This document shows positions 18,332 through 28,480 of a stretch of 64,000 nucleotides of DNA, one piece after another. This DNA comes from an uncultured Gemmatimonadales bacterium (GTDB lineage Bacteria; Gemmatimonadota; Gemmatimonadetes; Gemmatimonadales; Gemmatimonadaceae). The stretch spans positions 160,001 through 224,000 of the forward strand of contig CAWBZV010000003.1 of assembly GCA_963793305.1 (NCBI GenBank). The letters run 5' to 3'. The translations under genes were made by a program, and so were the position numbers. The notes below the pieces were generated by a model. That model did not search any database. It was not told the DNA's origin and saw nothing but the letters and a program-made list of their open reading frames with translations. The first letter of the stretch is position 1. Each line of letters begins with the position of its first letter.

Positions 18332-19783
18332 TGGAAACCAGCACGGAATCAGTGCTCACGGAAGCGGTGCTCCGCCGGTCGCCCTTGCTCGCCTCGTGCA
18401 GCAAGGTCGAGATCGACGCCGTCTTGTCGACGGCCACCGAACAACGGTTGGATGCCGATCAGGTCCTGTTCGAGGAGCAAGACGCCATCGACTCGGTTTG
18501 GATCATCGCCGAGGGTGAGCTCGAAGTCATAAAGCGGTTCAACGATGAAGACATTCTCGCGCGCGAGGAGGCCGGCGCGTTTTTCGGCGAGATCCCGGTC
18601 CTGACACACGAGCGGGCTTGGGTCAAGGTCCGCGCCATCGCCCCTTCGCGACTCGTCCGGATCCCGGAGCCGACATTCCGCTCGCTCATGGCGTCGTGCC
18701 CAACAGTCGCCGCGGCCGTCATGCGGGCGCTCGTCGACCGCGTCCGACGCTATACGATCCTGCTCCAAGAGCGCGAAAAACTGGCGGGACTCGGCACGCT
18801 CGCCGCCGGGCTCGCGCACGAGCTCAATAACCCTGCGTCCGCCGCGACCCGCGCCGTCACGCAGGCCGAAGAGATCATGGACACGTACCGGAACCTGGGC
18901 CGCCGTCTCGTGCAGCGCACCTGGACCGAGGCGGGACTCAACCTGGTCCAGGAGCTCGACGACGACGCGGCACTGCAGCCGGATACCAAAGAAGAGCTCG
19001 CGACCCTCGACCCCGTCGCGCGCAGCGACCGCGAAGACGCGCTCGCCAACTGGCTCTCGGAGCATGGCATCGACGACGCCTGGGAGTGCTCCCCGTCGCT
19101 CGTCGAGGCGGGATTCACGCCGAAACGACTGAGCGAGCTGGCCGAGGGCGTGAGCCCGGGCGAGCTGCAAGCCGCGCTCGAATGGGCCGAGGCGAACGCG
19201 CGACTCCGGCAACTGTTCGGCGAGATTCGCCAGAGCACCGGGCGGATCTCGGAGCTCGTCGCCGCCGTCAAGGGCTACTCGCACGCCGACCGCGTGACCC
19301 CGAAAGTCGCCAACGTCCACATGGCGATCGAGAACACCCTCACGATGCTCGGCTACAAACTCCGCGCGGCCAACATCCATGTGCAGCGCGAGTACGACCG
19401 GACGCTGCCCAAGATCAAGACGTTCGGCGCCGAGCTCCACCAGGTCTGGACCAATTTGATCGACAACGCCATCGACGCCATCGGCAGCGATGCGTCCAGA
19501 GCGAAACCTGGCGGCACGATTACCGTACGGAACGTCACGGAGCGGTGCCTGCGCCCAAGTCGACGTGATCGACGATGGCCCGGGGATTCCACCCTCGGCG
19601 CTGCCCCGATTGTTCGAAGCGTTCTTCACGACCAAGGAGGTCGGCAAAGGGACAGGCCTCGGTCTAGAAATTGTGCGGCGGATCGTGACGCGGCACGATG
19701 GCACCGTGTCGGTCTCGCCGGAACCGGGTGCCACCACGTTCACCGTTCGACTCCCGTTTGCCAGCGACGAGGCGAAATCATGA
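18331..19783 (+). CDS. cNMP-binding-domain sensor histidine kinase 1 (apparent +1 frameshift near 19532)
   Basis: cNMP fold (LFEE...GELEV...FFGEI); H-box AHELNNP; N-box QVWTNLIDNAIDA; G boxes DDGPGIP, FFTTKEVGKGTGLGL in the +1 frame. Confidence 0.88.
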
Positions 19784-20046
19784 CGACCACGTGCACCCAT
19801 CGCGATCAGATCCGCAACGTCGCGCCCCGCACCCCAAAGGGTTGCGAAGAGTGCCTCAAGACCGGCGATACCTGGGTTCACCTGCGCCTCTGCCGGACCT
19901 GCGGGCACGTGGGTTGCTGCGATTCGTCCAAGAACAAGCACGCCACCAAGCATTTCCATTCCTCCCACCACCCTATCATGAAGTCGTTCGAGCGCGGTGA
20001 AGATTGGGGGTGGTGTTACATCGACAACATGGAAGTCGACGCGTGA
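19780..20046 (+). CDS. UBP-type zinc finger protein
   Basis: CTH...GCEECLKTGDTWVHLRLCRTCGHVGCCDSSKNKHATKHF...WGWCY; ATGA overlap with the kinase stop. Confidence 0.9.
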   Translation: MTTTCTHRDQIRNVAPRTPKGCEECLKTGDTWVHLRLCRTCGHVGCCDSSKNKHATKHFHSSHHPIMKSFERGEDWGWCYIDNMEVDA

Positions 20047-21443
20047 ATACAACCACTGGCATCACCGCAGACGATCTCAAGATCATCACCATCCTCGCTG
20101 ACCTGCCGGACGAGGATCGCGAGTGGATCGCCGAGCACTCGACGGAGCGCACCGCCGTCAGGGGTGAGACCGTGTTCACTCCCGGCCAGCCGGCCGATTA
20201 CATGTACTTCATCATCTCGGGCGCGCTCGAGTTCCGGCGTACGGACCGCGAAGCCGATGCGCCCAATTTCATCGCGCGCGCTGGTGATACGAGTGGTCGT
20301 ATCCCGTTTTCGCGGATGAAGACCATGCAGGGGAGCGGACGGGCCATACTGGACACGCGCGCCGCGGTGTTCCCGGCGACGCTGTTTCCCGACCTGCTCA
20401 AGCGCATCCCGGTGCTGGAGCCGCGGCTCGTCGCGATCCTCACCGATCGCGTCCGCGAGACCGAGCGCAAAGACCACGAGTACGAGCGCTTCCGCCTCCT
20501 CGGCCGCATCTCGGCCGGCATGGCCCACGAGCTCAATAATCCCGTGGCCGCGGCGCGCCAAGCGTCGACCGAGCTGCGCGACCGCATCGACGCGATACAC
20601 CGGTTCACCATTGAGATGGTGGAGGCCGGTGTCGACGCGGCCTCACTCAAGGGTCTCAACGAGGAGCGCATCGAGGTCGCCCGACGCCATCCGCCGGTGC
20701 TCGATCCCATCGAGCGCAGCGAGCGCGAAGAAGCGATGACCGCCAGGCTCGCGGATGTGGGGATTCCCGATCCGTGGGTGAGCGCGGCGACGTTCGTGGC
20801 CGCCGGTATGACGTGCGAGGAGCTCCGGGCCGCGAGCGACTGCATCCCGGCTGAGAAACTCAAGCCCGTCATCTGCTGGATGGCGGCCGCCGTCTCGGCC
20901 GACACGCTGCTGCGCGAGGTCGCCCAATCCACCGTCCGCGTGTCCGATCTCGTCAACGCGGTCAAAGCGTACACGCAGATGGACCGGCCCAGCGCCAAAG
21001 AGTATGTCGATATCCGGAAGGGCATCGATGCGACGCTGGGACTGTTCTCCTCGCGGCTCGAAGAGAAGCACATCACGATATCGCACCAATTCGCCGATCT
21101 GCCGAAGGTCTCGGTGTACGTCAGCGACATCAATCAGGTATGGGCGAACCTCCTGTCGAACGCGATCGACGCGGTCGAGGTCGGCGGGCATATTACGCTC
21201 ATGGGCTGTCGCGAGGGCGAGACCCACGTGCGCATCGACATCATGGACGATGGCGTGGGTATCCCTGACGACCTGCAGGAGCGCGTCTGGGAGCCGTTCT
21301 TCACGACGAAGGAAGTCGGCCAGGGCACCGGCCTCGGGCTCGACATCGTGCGCCGCATCGTCGTGCGGCGGCACGAAGGGACCGTGTCACTCCGGTCGTC
21401 TCCGGGCGACACGGCGTTCACCGTCATTCTTCCCGTGAACTAA
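20043..21443 (+). CDS. cNMP-binding-domain sensor histidine kinase 2
   Basis: GTGA overlap; cNMP fold; AHELNNP; QVWANLLSNAIDA; DDGVGIP, FFTTKEVGQGTGLGL. Confidence 0.9.
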   Translation: MNTTTGITADDLKIITILADLPDEDREWIAEHSTERTAVRGETVFTPGQPADYMYFIISGALEFRRTDREADAPNFIARAGDTSGRIPFSRMKTMQGSGRAILDTRAAVFPATLFPDLLKRIPVLEPRLVAILTDRVRETERKDHEYERFRLLGRISAGMAHELNNPVAAARQASTELRDRIDAIHRFTIEMVEAGVDAASLKGLNEERIEVARRHPPVLDPIERSEREEAMTARLADVGIPDPWVSAATFVAAGMTCEELRAASDCIPAEKLKPVICWMAAAVSADTLLREVAQSTVRVSDLVNAVKAYTQMDRPSAKEYVDIRKGIDATLGLFSSRLEEKHITISHQFADLPKVSVYVSDINQVWANLLSNAIDAVEVGGHITLMGCREGETHVRIDIMDDGVGIPDDLQERVWEPFFTTKEVGQGTGLGLDIVRRIVVRRHEGTVSLRSSPGDTAFTVILPVN

Positions 21444-21826
21444 TGCGAACGCGACGAGGCGTCACGGCGATCGAGATTGTGTTAATCGTCGCCATCATCT
21501 GCCTCCTCGTCGCGATCGCGTTTCCCTGGTTCACGCGCGCGGGCCGCCAGCAGGGGGCCTACGACGCTCGGCAAACGCTGGAGCACCTGCGCGACGCCGA
21601 GGACGCGTACTTCGCGAAGCACCACAAGTACGGGACGCTCACCGACAGCATCGACTATCACGTGCCGCCCAATGTGCACGTCGCGATCGGTGGCGATGGC
21701 ATAGCGTCTGGCAAAGGCTGGAACGCAACGGCCGTAGCCAACTCGGCCACGTGCTACCTCGGCGTGGGCGCCGACACGGTCATCGCGGACGTGCATCTGA
21801 GCGACGGCCACGTCCTCTGCCCGTAG
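21443..21826 (+). CDS. Type IV pilin-like protein
   Basis: Class III signal RRG/VTAIE with Glu at +5, hydrophobic helix, C-terminal Cys pair. Confidence 0.8.
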   Translation: MRTRRGVTAIEIVLIVAIICLLVAIAFPWFTRAGRQQGAYDARQTLEHLRDAEDAYFAKHHKYGTLTDSIDYHVPPNVHVAIGGDGIASGKGWNATAVANSATCYLGVGADTVIADVHLSDGHVLCP

Positions 21827-23325
21827 TCACTGCCCGTTCAGTCACGGCCAGCGCGCCGTCGACCGCCAGCGCCAGTAACGCCGCGGGGATCGCGCCCGAC
21901 AGAATCATTCGCGTGTCTGACAGCGCGAGCCCGGACACGATCGGGTCGCCAAGGCCTCCAGCGCCAATAAACGCCGCCAGCGTCGCCGTACCGACATTGA
22001 TCACGGCAGCAGTTCGGATCCCGGCCATGATCACCGGCGCGGCAAGCGGGAGCCTCACGTAGAGCAGTACCTGGCGTCCGGTCATGCCGAGCGCCTCGGC
22101 CGCGTCGGCCGCGCCGGGATCGGCGTCTCTCAGGCCAGTATACGTATTTCTGATAATGGGATAGAGCGAGTAGAGAAAGAGCGCGACGAGCGCCGGGAAG
22201 ACGCCGATCCCGAATAAGGGGATCATGAACGCGACAAGCGCGATCCCTGGGACCGTCTGCAACACTCCGACCGCGCGAATCACCGTCTCGGCCCGCGTGG
22301 GTATGGCCGTGAGCAGCAACGCGAGCGGAATCGCGAACAGGATCGCCGCGCCGAGTGAGATGGCCACCAATTCCAAATGCCGTCCGGTCAGCGCGGCCAG
22401 ATGTTCTTCCCGAACGTACTCCAGTAACGTCGCGCGTCGCGCTTGTGGCCCGAATGTCCCGGCCGTGTCGCCAACCAGAATGCAGCGAGACGAGCGTGCT
22501 GTGGGCAATGACGGAGACGGGCACGCCTTCGACTTCGAGCTGTCGATTGAGCGCCCGCATGCGCGCGACGTTGATGCGATCCGACAACTCGCTCAACGCC
22601 AACACCGCGCGCGGTGCATCGCGGAGCAGCGCCGGCCCAACCACCGCGACCGCCTCGTACGGCGGGAACGCGTGTCGATCGTCGCTGAGCACCACGACTT
22701 GGTACCGCTCGATCGACCCGTCGGTCTCGTACCCGTCGATGACATCGACGGCACCCTGGACCAGCGCCTGATACTTCACCGCCGGCAGCAGCGCCTTGAC
22801 CTCGGCGAGGTGCAGGCCATACACCCTGCCGAGCGCGGGCAGTCCATCGGGCCGTCCGATAAAATCCGCGGTGAGACCGCCGCGCAGGCGTGAGCTCACG
22901 CGGGCGAGATCGCTCAGAGTCGTCAGGTGCAACGAATCCGCGGTCGATTTTCGTACGGCCATCGCGTACGTGTTCTCGAAGCCGAGCGGCGGCAGCCAGC
23001 GCACCCCGTCCCGGCGGCCGAGCGCGGTTGCCACGCGTGAATAGACCGCCCTCGGGTCGCCACTCGCCATGCTATCGCCCAAGATCGCCAGGAGTCCCGT
23101 GCCCGTGTACTCGGGGTACACGTCGATCGCGCCCTTGACCAACGCGGGGTACGCGATCAACGTCTGGCCGAGCCCAGGTCGCCGTTCGACCTGGAACCCG
23201 CGGGCCTCGAGGAGTTGCGCGAACATCTCGGCCAGGATGTACGACTCGCCGAATGGCTTCGATCCCACGATGACGGGCCGTGTCCCACCAATGATGAACG
23301 CCGCGACGATCAGATAGCGCGTCAT
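21780..23325 (-). CDS. Fused substrate-binding + permease subunit of an Opu/OsmF-type ABC importer (EgtU-like; apparent +1 frameshift near 22480)
   Basis: VGSKPFGESYILAE, DVYPEYTGT, NTYA (OpuAC domain), then QTVPGIAL, YSLYPIIRNTYTG, LAAFIGAGGLG (permease). Confidence 0.85.
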
Positions 23326-24053
23326 TGAACGTGCGCCCGCTCGAAAAGAGTCGAGACATACTCGGTGGCCGGTGTCGCGAGCAGCTCGCCGGGCGGCGCG
23401 TACTGCTCGACGTGCCCCTGATGCATCACGGCGATCCGATCGGCGAGCTCAATGGCCTCGCGCAGATCGTGCGTGACCAGAATCGCCGTCGTGCCGAGGC
23501 GCCGGCGCAGATCCCGGAAGGCGTCCTGCAACTCCGTCCGCGTGATGGCATCGAGCGCGCCGAACGGCTCGTCGAGCAACAATACCGTGGGATCCGCCGC
23601 GAGCGCCCGCGCGATCGCCACCCGCTGCCGCTGACCTCCTGACAATTCACTCGGCCACCGCGCCGCGAATGTCGCCGGCTCGAGGCCGACGAGGTCTAAC
23701 GCGCGATCGGCAAGGTCGCTCCCGTTTTTGCCGAGGAGCCACGGCACCAACGCCACGTTGCGGCGCACGCGCCAGTGGGGCAGCAGTCCGCCATCTTGCG
23801 GCACGTAGCCCATCTGGCGACGGAGTGTGACCGGATCCAGCTCGGCGGTCTGGCGATCATTGAACCAGATGACGCCGGAATCCGGCTCGACCATCCGGTT
23901 GATCGTACGGAGCAGCGTGGTCTTGCCGGACCCGCTCTCGCCAATGAGCGCCACGCATTCGCCCGACTTGATGTCGAGCGACACGTTGTCGAGTGCGGTT
24001 ATCGTGGATGACCAGCGCTTCGTGAGATTCTCGATGCGAAGCGCCGCGGTCAT
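23322..24053 (-). CDS. Opu-type ABC transporter ATP-binding protein
   Basis: GESGSGKT, LRRQMGYVPQ, LSGGQRQRVA, LLDEPFGALD. Confidence 0.92.
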   Translation of the reverse strand: MTAALRIENLTKRWSSTITALDNVSLDIKSGECVALIGESGSGKTTLLRTINRMVEPDSGVIWFNDRQTAELDPVTLRRQMGYVPQDGGLLPHWRVRRNVALVPWLLGKNGSDLADRALDLVGLEPATFAARWPSELSGGQRQRVAIARALAADPTVLLLDEPFGALDAITRTELQDAFRDLRRRLGTTAILVTHDLREAIELADRIAVMHQGHVEQYAPPGELLATPATEYVSTLFERAHVQ

Positions 24054-24056
24054 GTG

Positions 24057-25178
24057 TTACCCTGGCTGGAATGCCTCCACGAGCTCCACGTCCGCGGGAT
24101 CCAGAAACTCGGGACCGAGCCGACGACAACCCTGGAGCGCGATGTCGAGCAGATCGCGCGTCGCATGCTCGCGACTCGCGCGCGCGAGACGATCGGGATC
24201 CGGGGCGCCGAGCAGGTCGAGCGCCGCGGCGCGGGCTCCGGGATCGTACGCGAGACCGCCGAGCAGCGCGGGCGGCACGATGTAGTGCTCCGCGGGTACC
24301 GCGTCAGCCGACCGCACCTCGAAGGTCCCACGCGCGCGTACCTCCGGGAAGAGGGTCGTCAGATGCACCGCCCAATCGTGCTCGTTCACGAGACCCGCCG
24401 CAAGCAGCTCACCGAATGGCCGATATATACCATCGTCGTCCGCATGCATCATAGCCGGCGCACCCAGCGCAAACGCCTCATACTCGGCCACCGGGTCGTC
24501 GCCGCCCGGCAAGATGCCAGTCCGCTTGGGATCGAGCATCCGCCAGACGTGCGCTCGGTAGCTCCGGTACCCAGTTGGCTGTCCCTCGTAGATCGCGGAG
24601 TTGGCGAACATACTGACGACCACGGGGGCGGCCGCATTCAAGAGGCGCCAGAGGGCGGAGGGGTTCTCGCTCGTATCCAGACTCACCTGGAACGACGCGG
24701 TCTGCCGCATCATGCGCGCGCCAAACGGCCCGATGGTGCTGAAATACGCGTCCATCTTGGGGTACCGCGCGCCGCCGATTTGCAGTGTCGTGCTTTCGAC
24801 GGCGTTGCAGGGATCGATGCCGAGCGCCACGAGGTCAACGCCCTCGACCTCCGCGCCCTCGCGCATGATCGCCTCTACCTCGCGGAGCTTGGCCGCCAGC
24901 AGAGACGCCGACCGATAGGGCGGCGCGCTGTATTCGATCTGGCCGCCGGGCTCGAACGTGATCGCGCCCTGGTCATCGGCCGAGAAATTCGGAATGCAAT
25001 ACGGTCCGCCAAATTCTTCCAGACCGAGGCGCATGGCGGTTCGCCGGGCGACGCGCAACGAGCGGGCGATCGGGACCGGCCGTCGCGTCACCCCATCGAC
25101 CGGGATGAACTCGATCTCGGCCCCGATGAGCCGATTCGTGTTCGGAACGAAGAGACTACTCAGCGACGACCAGTGCAT
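24057..25178 (-). CDS. egtA: Glutamate--cysteine ligase (GCS2 family, EgtA-like)
   Basis: IGAEIE, TFEPGGQIEYS, MMRQTASFQVSLD, MFANS, HLTTLFPEVR...EVRSAD; lies within the egt operon. Confidence 0.82.
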   Translation of the reverse strand: MHWSSLSSLFVPNTNRLIGAEIEFIPVDGVTRRPVPIARSLRVARRTAMRLGLEEFGGPYCIPNFSADDQGAITFEPGGQIEYSAPPYRSASLLAAKLREVEAIMREGAEVEGVDLVALGIDPCNAVESTTLQIGGARYPKMDAYFSTIGPFGARMMRQTASFQVSLDTSENPSALWRLLNAAAPVVVSMFANSAIYEGQPTGYRSYRAHVWRMLDPKRTGILPGGDDPVAEYEAFALGAPAMMHADDDGIYRPFGELLAAGLVNEHDWAVHLTTLFPEVRARGTFEVRSADAVPAEHYIVPPALLGGLAYDPGARAAALDLLGAPDPDRLARASREHATRDLLDIALQGCRRLGPEFLDPADVELVEAFQPG

Positions 25179-26073
25179 AGCCGTGCCGTTCGTCCACGTT
25201 CCACATCGTGACCCGGAGTCCCGCGGCGCCGAGGATGGCGGTCAGCCGCCGGCGATCGTACTTGTTGCTGATCTCCGTGCGAATGGACTCGCCGTGACGG
25301 ATGTAAACGGATCCCGCGTCGGGAATCGAAATACACAGGTCGCGCGTCGCCATGAGGTGCATCTCGATCCGCCCGGCCTCGGCGTTATAGAACGCCAGGT
25401 GCTCGAAGAGCTCCGGGTGGAAGTCGACGCCAAGCTCGCGGCCGACGACGTACAGGATGTTGCGATTGAACTCGGCGGTGACGCCGCGAGAATCGTTGTA
25501 CGCGGCATCGAGCGTCGCGTGATCCTTCACGAGATCGGCGCCGAGGAGCAGGCGATCTCCCCCTTTCATGCGGGCCCGAATCCGCGAGAGCAGGCCGACC
25601 GCGTCGTCATCGCTGAAATTGCCGATCGTACTGCCCAAAAAGGCGTACAACGCCGGCCGGGCAGGCGCAGCGGGGGCATTACGTGTCATGTCAGCAACGA
25701 TCGGAACAACGCGCAGCCGTGGATACTCGGCGCGCAGTTGCAGAGCGGTATCGGCCAGAAACGCCGCGCTCACATCGACGGGGACATACGTCGTGAGCCC
25801 GGACATCGCGTCGAGCAGAATCCGCGTCTTCTCGGCGTTCCCCGCGCCAAGCTCCACGAGCGTCGTCGCGACGAGCGTCGGCGCAACAGCGTGCAGCAGC
25901 CCGCGCTCGGCGCGCGTGAGATAATACTCGGGGAGCCTCGTGATCTCCTCGAACAGCTCCGAGCCGCGCTGATCGTAGAAATACTTCGGCGAGAGCTCCT
26001 TGGGCTCCCGATGCAGGCTCTCCCACACCTCGGCGATGACGCCGGAGTCGGTCCGATGAATAGTCTCAGTCAT
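25156..26073 (-). CDS. egtD: L-histidine N-alpha-methyltransferase
   Basis: PKELSPKYFYDQRGSELFEEITRLPEYYLTRAE, FLGSTIGN, AAYND..GVTAEFN, RTEISNKY. Confidence 0.95.
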   Translation of the reverse strand: MTETIHRTDSGVIAEVWESLHREPKELSPKYFYDQRGSELFEEITRLPEYYLTRAERGLLHAVAPTLVATTLVELGAGNAEKTRILLDAMSGLTTYVPVDVSAAFLADTALQLRAEYPRLRVVPIVADMTRNAPAAPARPALYAFLGSTIGNFSDDDAVGLLSRIRARMKGGDRLLLGADLVKDHATLDAAYNDSRGVTAEFNRNILYVVGRELGVDFHPELFEHLAFYNAEAGRIEMHLMATRDLCISIPDAGSVYIRHGESIRTEISNKYDRRRLTAILGAAGLRVTMWNVDERHGYALVVAE

Positions 26074-27370
26074 TGGTTGCGCACCGGAAGCCGCTGAAGA
26101 TCTGCCGCCGCACCGGATAGTCCCAGTTGCGGAACGTGGTTCTCGCGACCATGGGCCGCGTCGCCCACGATCCGCCACGGAGCACCTTGTACTCGTCGCC
26201 GAAAAATACTTCGGAGTACTCGCGATACGGGAATGTCTCGTAACCGGGATACGGGCCGAAGTCGCTCGACGTCCACTCCCACGTGTCGCCGATCATCCCA
26301 TAACACCCCATCGGGGAGATATTCCGCGGATACGCACCAACAGGCGCGGTGCCGAATCCGAGCTGGTCGACATTGGCGAGCGCCGTCGTCGGAGGCTCAT
26401 CGCCCCATGGGAACGCCAGCGCGCGACCAGTTGTGGGATCCCACGTCGCGGCGACTTCCCACTCGGCCTCGGTTGGCAATCGTTTGCCGGCCCACCGCGC
26501 GAACGCCTTGGCCTCGTAGTACGACACATGACACACGGGGCGCGTCGGGTCAACCTGCTCGGCGCGATCCATCGACCGCGAGTACCATCCGGTGTCCGAG
26601 AGCGACCAATAGAGGGGCGCGACCGCGCGAGACTGGTCCAGCCACTGGAGCCCCGCGGGAGACCAGAGCTCGGGCCTGGTGTATCCGCCGTCAGCGATGA
26701 ATGCCAGATACTCGCCGTTGGTGACCGGCGTACGGTCGATGCGAAATGCCTTGAGCGTCACGCGATGCTGCGAGCGTTCGTTGTCGTAGGCCGCGCTCCG
26801 ATCGTTGGTGCCGAGCGTGTACTCGCCGGCTGGAACGCGAACCATGCTCTGCTTGATCTCACCGCCGGCGGGAAGCTCGTGTCGCCGCGCGGGATGATAC
26901 GGCCCACCCAATTTCAGTTGCAGCGTCTGCAGCATCGTCTCGTTGTGCTGATGCTCGTGCTGCGCGACCATGCGATAGACGTAGCCCTCGTGCAGCAGCG
27001 GCGATGCATCGAAGTCCACGGTCTCCAGTCGCCGCAGGACTTCCTCTCGCACGCGCTCCAAGTGCCCGAGCACTTCGGAACGCCGCGGTAACGGCAATGC
27101 ACCCCGCTCGCGGCGCGGATGCTCGAACGGGTTGTACACGCCCGGCATCTCGCCAAACTCGACCGGCCCGTCGAGGTGTTTGAGGAGCCACAGCTCCTCG
27201 AAGCTCGCGATGTGCCCGAGGTCCCAAATAATCGGGCTCATGAGCACGTCGTGCTGCTCCTCGAGATCGCGGTCGCTCAGAGTACTAATGAGCAGGAGCG
27301 TTCGCGCACGGGCATCCTGCAGCTCGGCCTCTAATTCAGCCGCCAGAGGACGCGTGAGGGTCGTTGACAC
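26066..27370 (-). CDS. egtB: Ergothioneine sulfoxide synthase (DinB + FGE-sulfatase domains)
   Basis: LMSPIIWDLGH, QHEHQHNETMLQ iron motif, AYDNER, RLPTEAEWE, FRNWDYPVRRQIFSGFRCA. Confidence 0.93.
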   Translation of the reverse strand: MSTTLTRPLAAELEAELQDARARTLLLISTLSDRDLEEQHDVLMSPIIWDLGHIASFEELWLLKHLDGPVEFGEMPGVYNPFEHPRRERGALPLPRRSEVLGHLERVREEVLRRLETVDFDASPLLHEGYVYRMVAQHEHQHNETMLQTLQLKLGGPYHPARRHELPAGGEIKQSMVRVPAGEYTLGTNDRSAAYDNERSQHRVTLKAFRIDRTPVTNGEYLAFIADGGYTRPELWSPAGLQWLDQSRAVAPLYWSLSDTGWYSRSMDRAEQVDPTRPVCHVSYYEAKAFARWAGKRLPTEAEWEVAATWDPTTGRALAFPWGDEPPTTALANVDQLGFGTAPVGAYPRNISPMGCYGMIGDTWEWTSSDFGPYPGYETFPYREYSEVFFGDEYKVLRGGSWATRPMVARTTFRNWDYPVRRQIFSGFRCATND

Positions 27371-27409
27371 CTATGAGTTCTCCTACTCTTGGGACTAGAC
27401 CACTGAAAG

Positions 27410-28480
27410 ATGCACGGGTGCCCGGGGGAGCACGAACCATGCTCGTACGGTGACGATGATGGAGGTTCGGTTACTCGGTACGAGCGTATCTGTATGGAGG
27501 ACCAGCCGTTTGGCGAGTTGCTCTCGGCACGACGGTGCTGGGCGTGTTGCTCGGACGATCTGACCGAATTGACATGGGCGATCATCGATCAGCGACTCAT
27601 TTGCGGCGTGTGCATTCGGGGACGTGACATCCCCCGAACCGTCGCGTGCTATCGGGGCCGCAGCGGCTCGCCCCGGCGGTCCCTTCGCGCTGCATATGAG
27701 GCGATCGTTGCATTCAAAGAGTGCCGCCCCGGTGGTGATGCCCTCGGGCCGGTTCTCGCCGGCGCGCTGGCCTCGGCCGTCACGACAGTAGCCGCCGTTC
27801 ATGGGCTACCTAATGACACGGTACTCGTTCCGGTTCCCTCGTATCAGGACCAGCGCCCACACGTAGCGCGCCTCTGCTCGCTCATCTCTCTTCCCGGCAT
27901 TCGCACTCGGTCGGTGCTCCGTAAGATCCGCGATTTCCGTCAAGCGCGATTGGGCGCGGCCGCCCGAAGGGTGGCGAGCGCCGATGCATATCGCGTGACC
28001 GCCCGCGTGAAAAATCGCTCGGTGATCATCGCCGACGACATCATGACAACTGGTGCGACACTGGCGGCATGCGCCAACGCCCTCTATGACAAAGGCGCGC
28101 ACGAGGTATACGGCGCAGCCATCGTGCGCGCCATACAACGTCCGCGCAGCGGTCTCGTTGTGCTCGGCTCTCGGCAGGTTCGCGTGCGATGGACCGAGCT
28201 CGATGCTCGAGGGCGCACGGGGATTTCGCCTGGAAAGACGGCAATCTGGGTGCGATTTGGCTGCAGAAAACGTTGCCTACACATCCTTACCGCGGGACCA
28301 TTTCTCGCCCCGGCAATAGGTACTGAGTCGTTACACGCTTGGTCCTGCGAATGCGGCGAGAAGCACGCGATTGGGCTACGACGCGAGTGGCGTAGCGATG
28401 CCGAGGGCATCATCGAGCTCACACTGGCTCAGCGCCAGCCTTCCGAGCTTCTGATCGGTTTGCGACATTTCCGCCCATGA
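27410..28480 (+). CDS. ComF-like phosphoribosyltransferase with Cys-rich N- and C-terminal regions
   Basis: CWAC...CGVC zinc ribbon, VLVPVPS, PRPP loop IIADDIMTTGATL, C-terminal CRKRC...CECGEKH. Confidence 0.75.
   Translation: MHGCPGEHEPCSYGDDDGGSVTRYERICMEDQPFGELLSARRCWACCSDDLTELTWAIIDQRLICGVCIRGRDIPRTVACYRGRSGSPRRSLRAAYEAIVAFKECRPGGDALGPVLAGALASAVTTVAAVHGLPNDTVLVPVPSYQDQRPHVARLCSLISLPGIRTRSVLRKIRDFRQARLGAAARRVASADAYRVTARVKNRSVIIADDIMTTGATLAACANALYDKGAHEVYGAAIVRAIQRPRSGLVVLGSRQVRVRWTELDARGRTGISPGKTAIWVRFGCRKRCLHILTAGPFLAPAIGTESLHAWSCECGEKHAIGLRREWRSDAEGIIELTLAQRQPSELLIGLRHFRP

Noticed and set aside
18331..20046. Apparent histidine kinase - zf-UBP fusion (571-aa ORF)
   Set aside because: The kinase G boxes lie in the +1 frame after about 19532 and end at 19783, and zf-UBP has its own ATG at 19780; the fusion is a frameshift artefact.
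26066..27370. Selenoneine synthase (SenA) or ovothiol synthase (OvoA) assignment
   Set aside because: No senB or selD neighbour and no C-terminal methyltransferase; the motif and egtD/egtA context fit EgtB.
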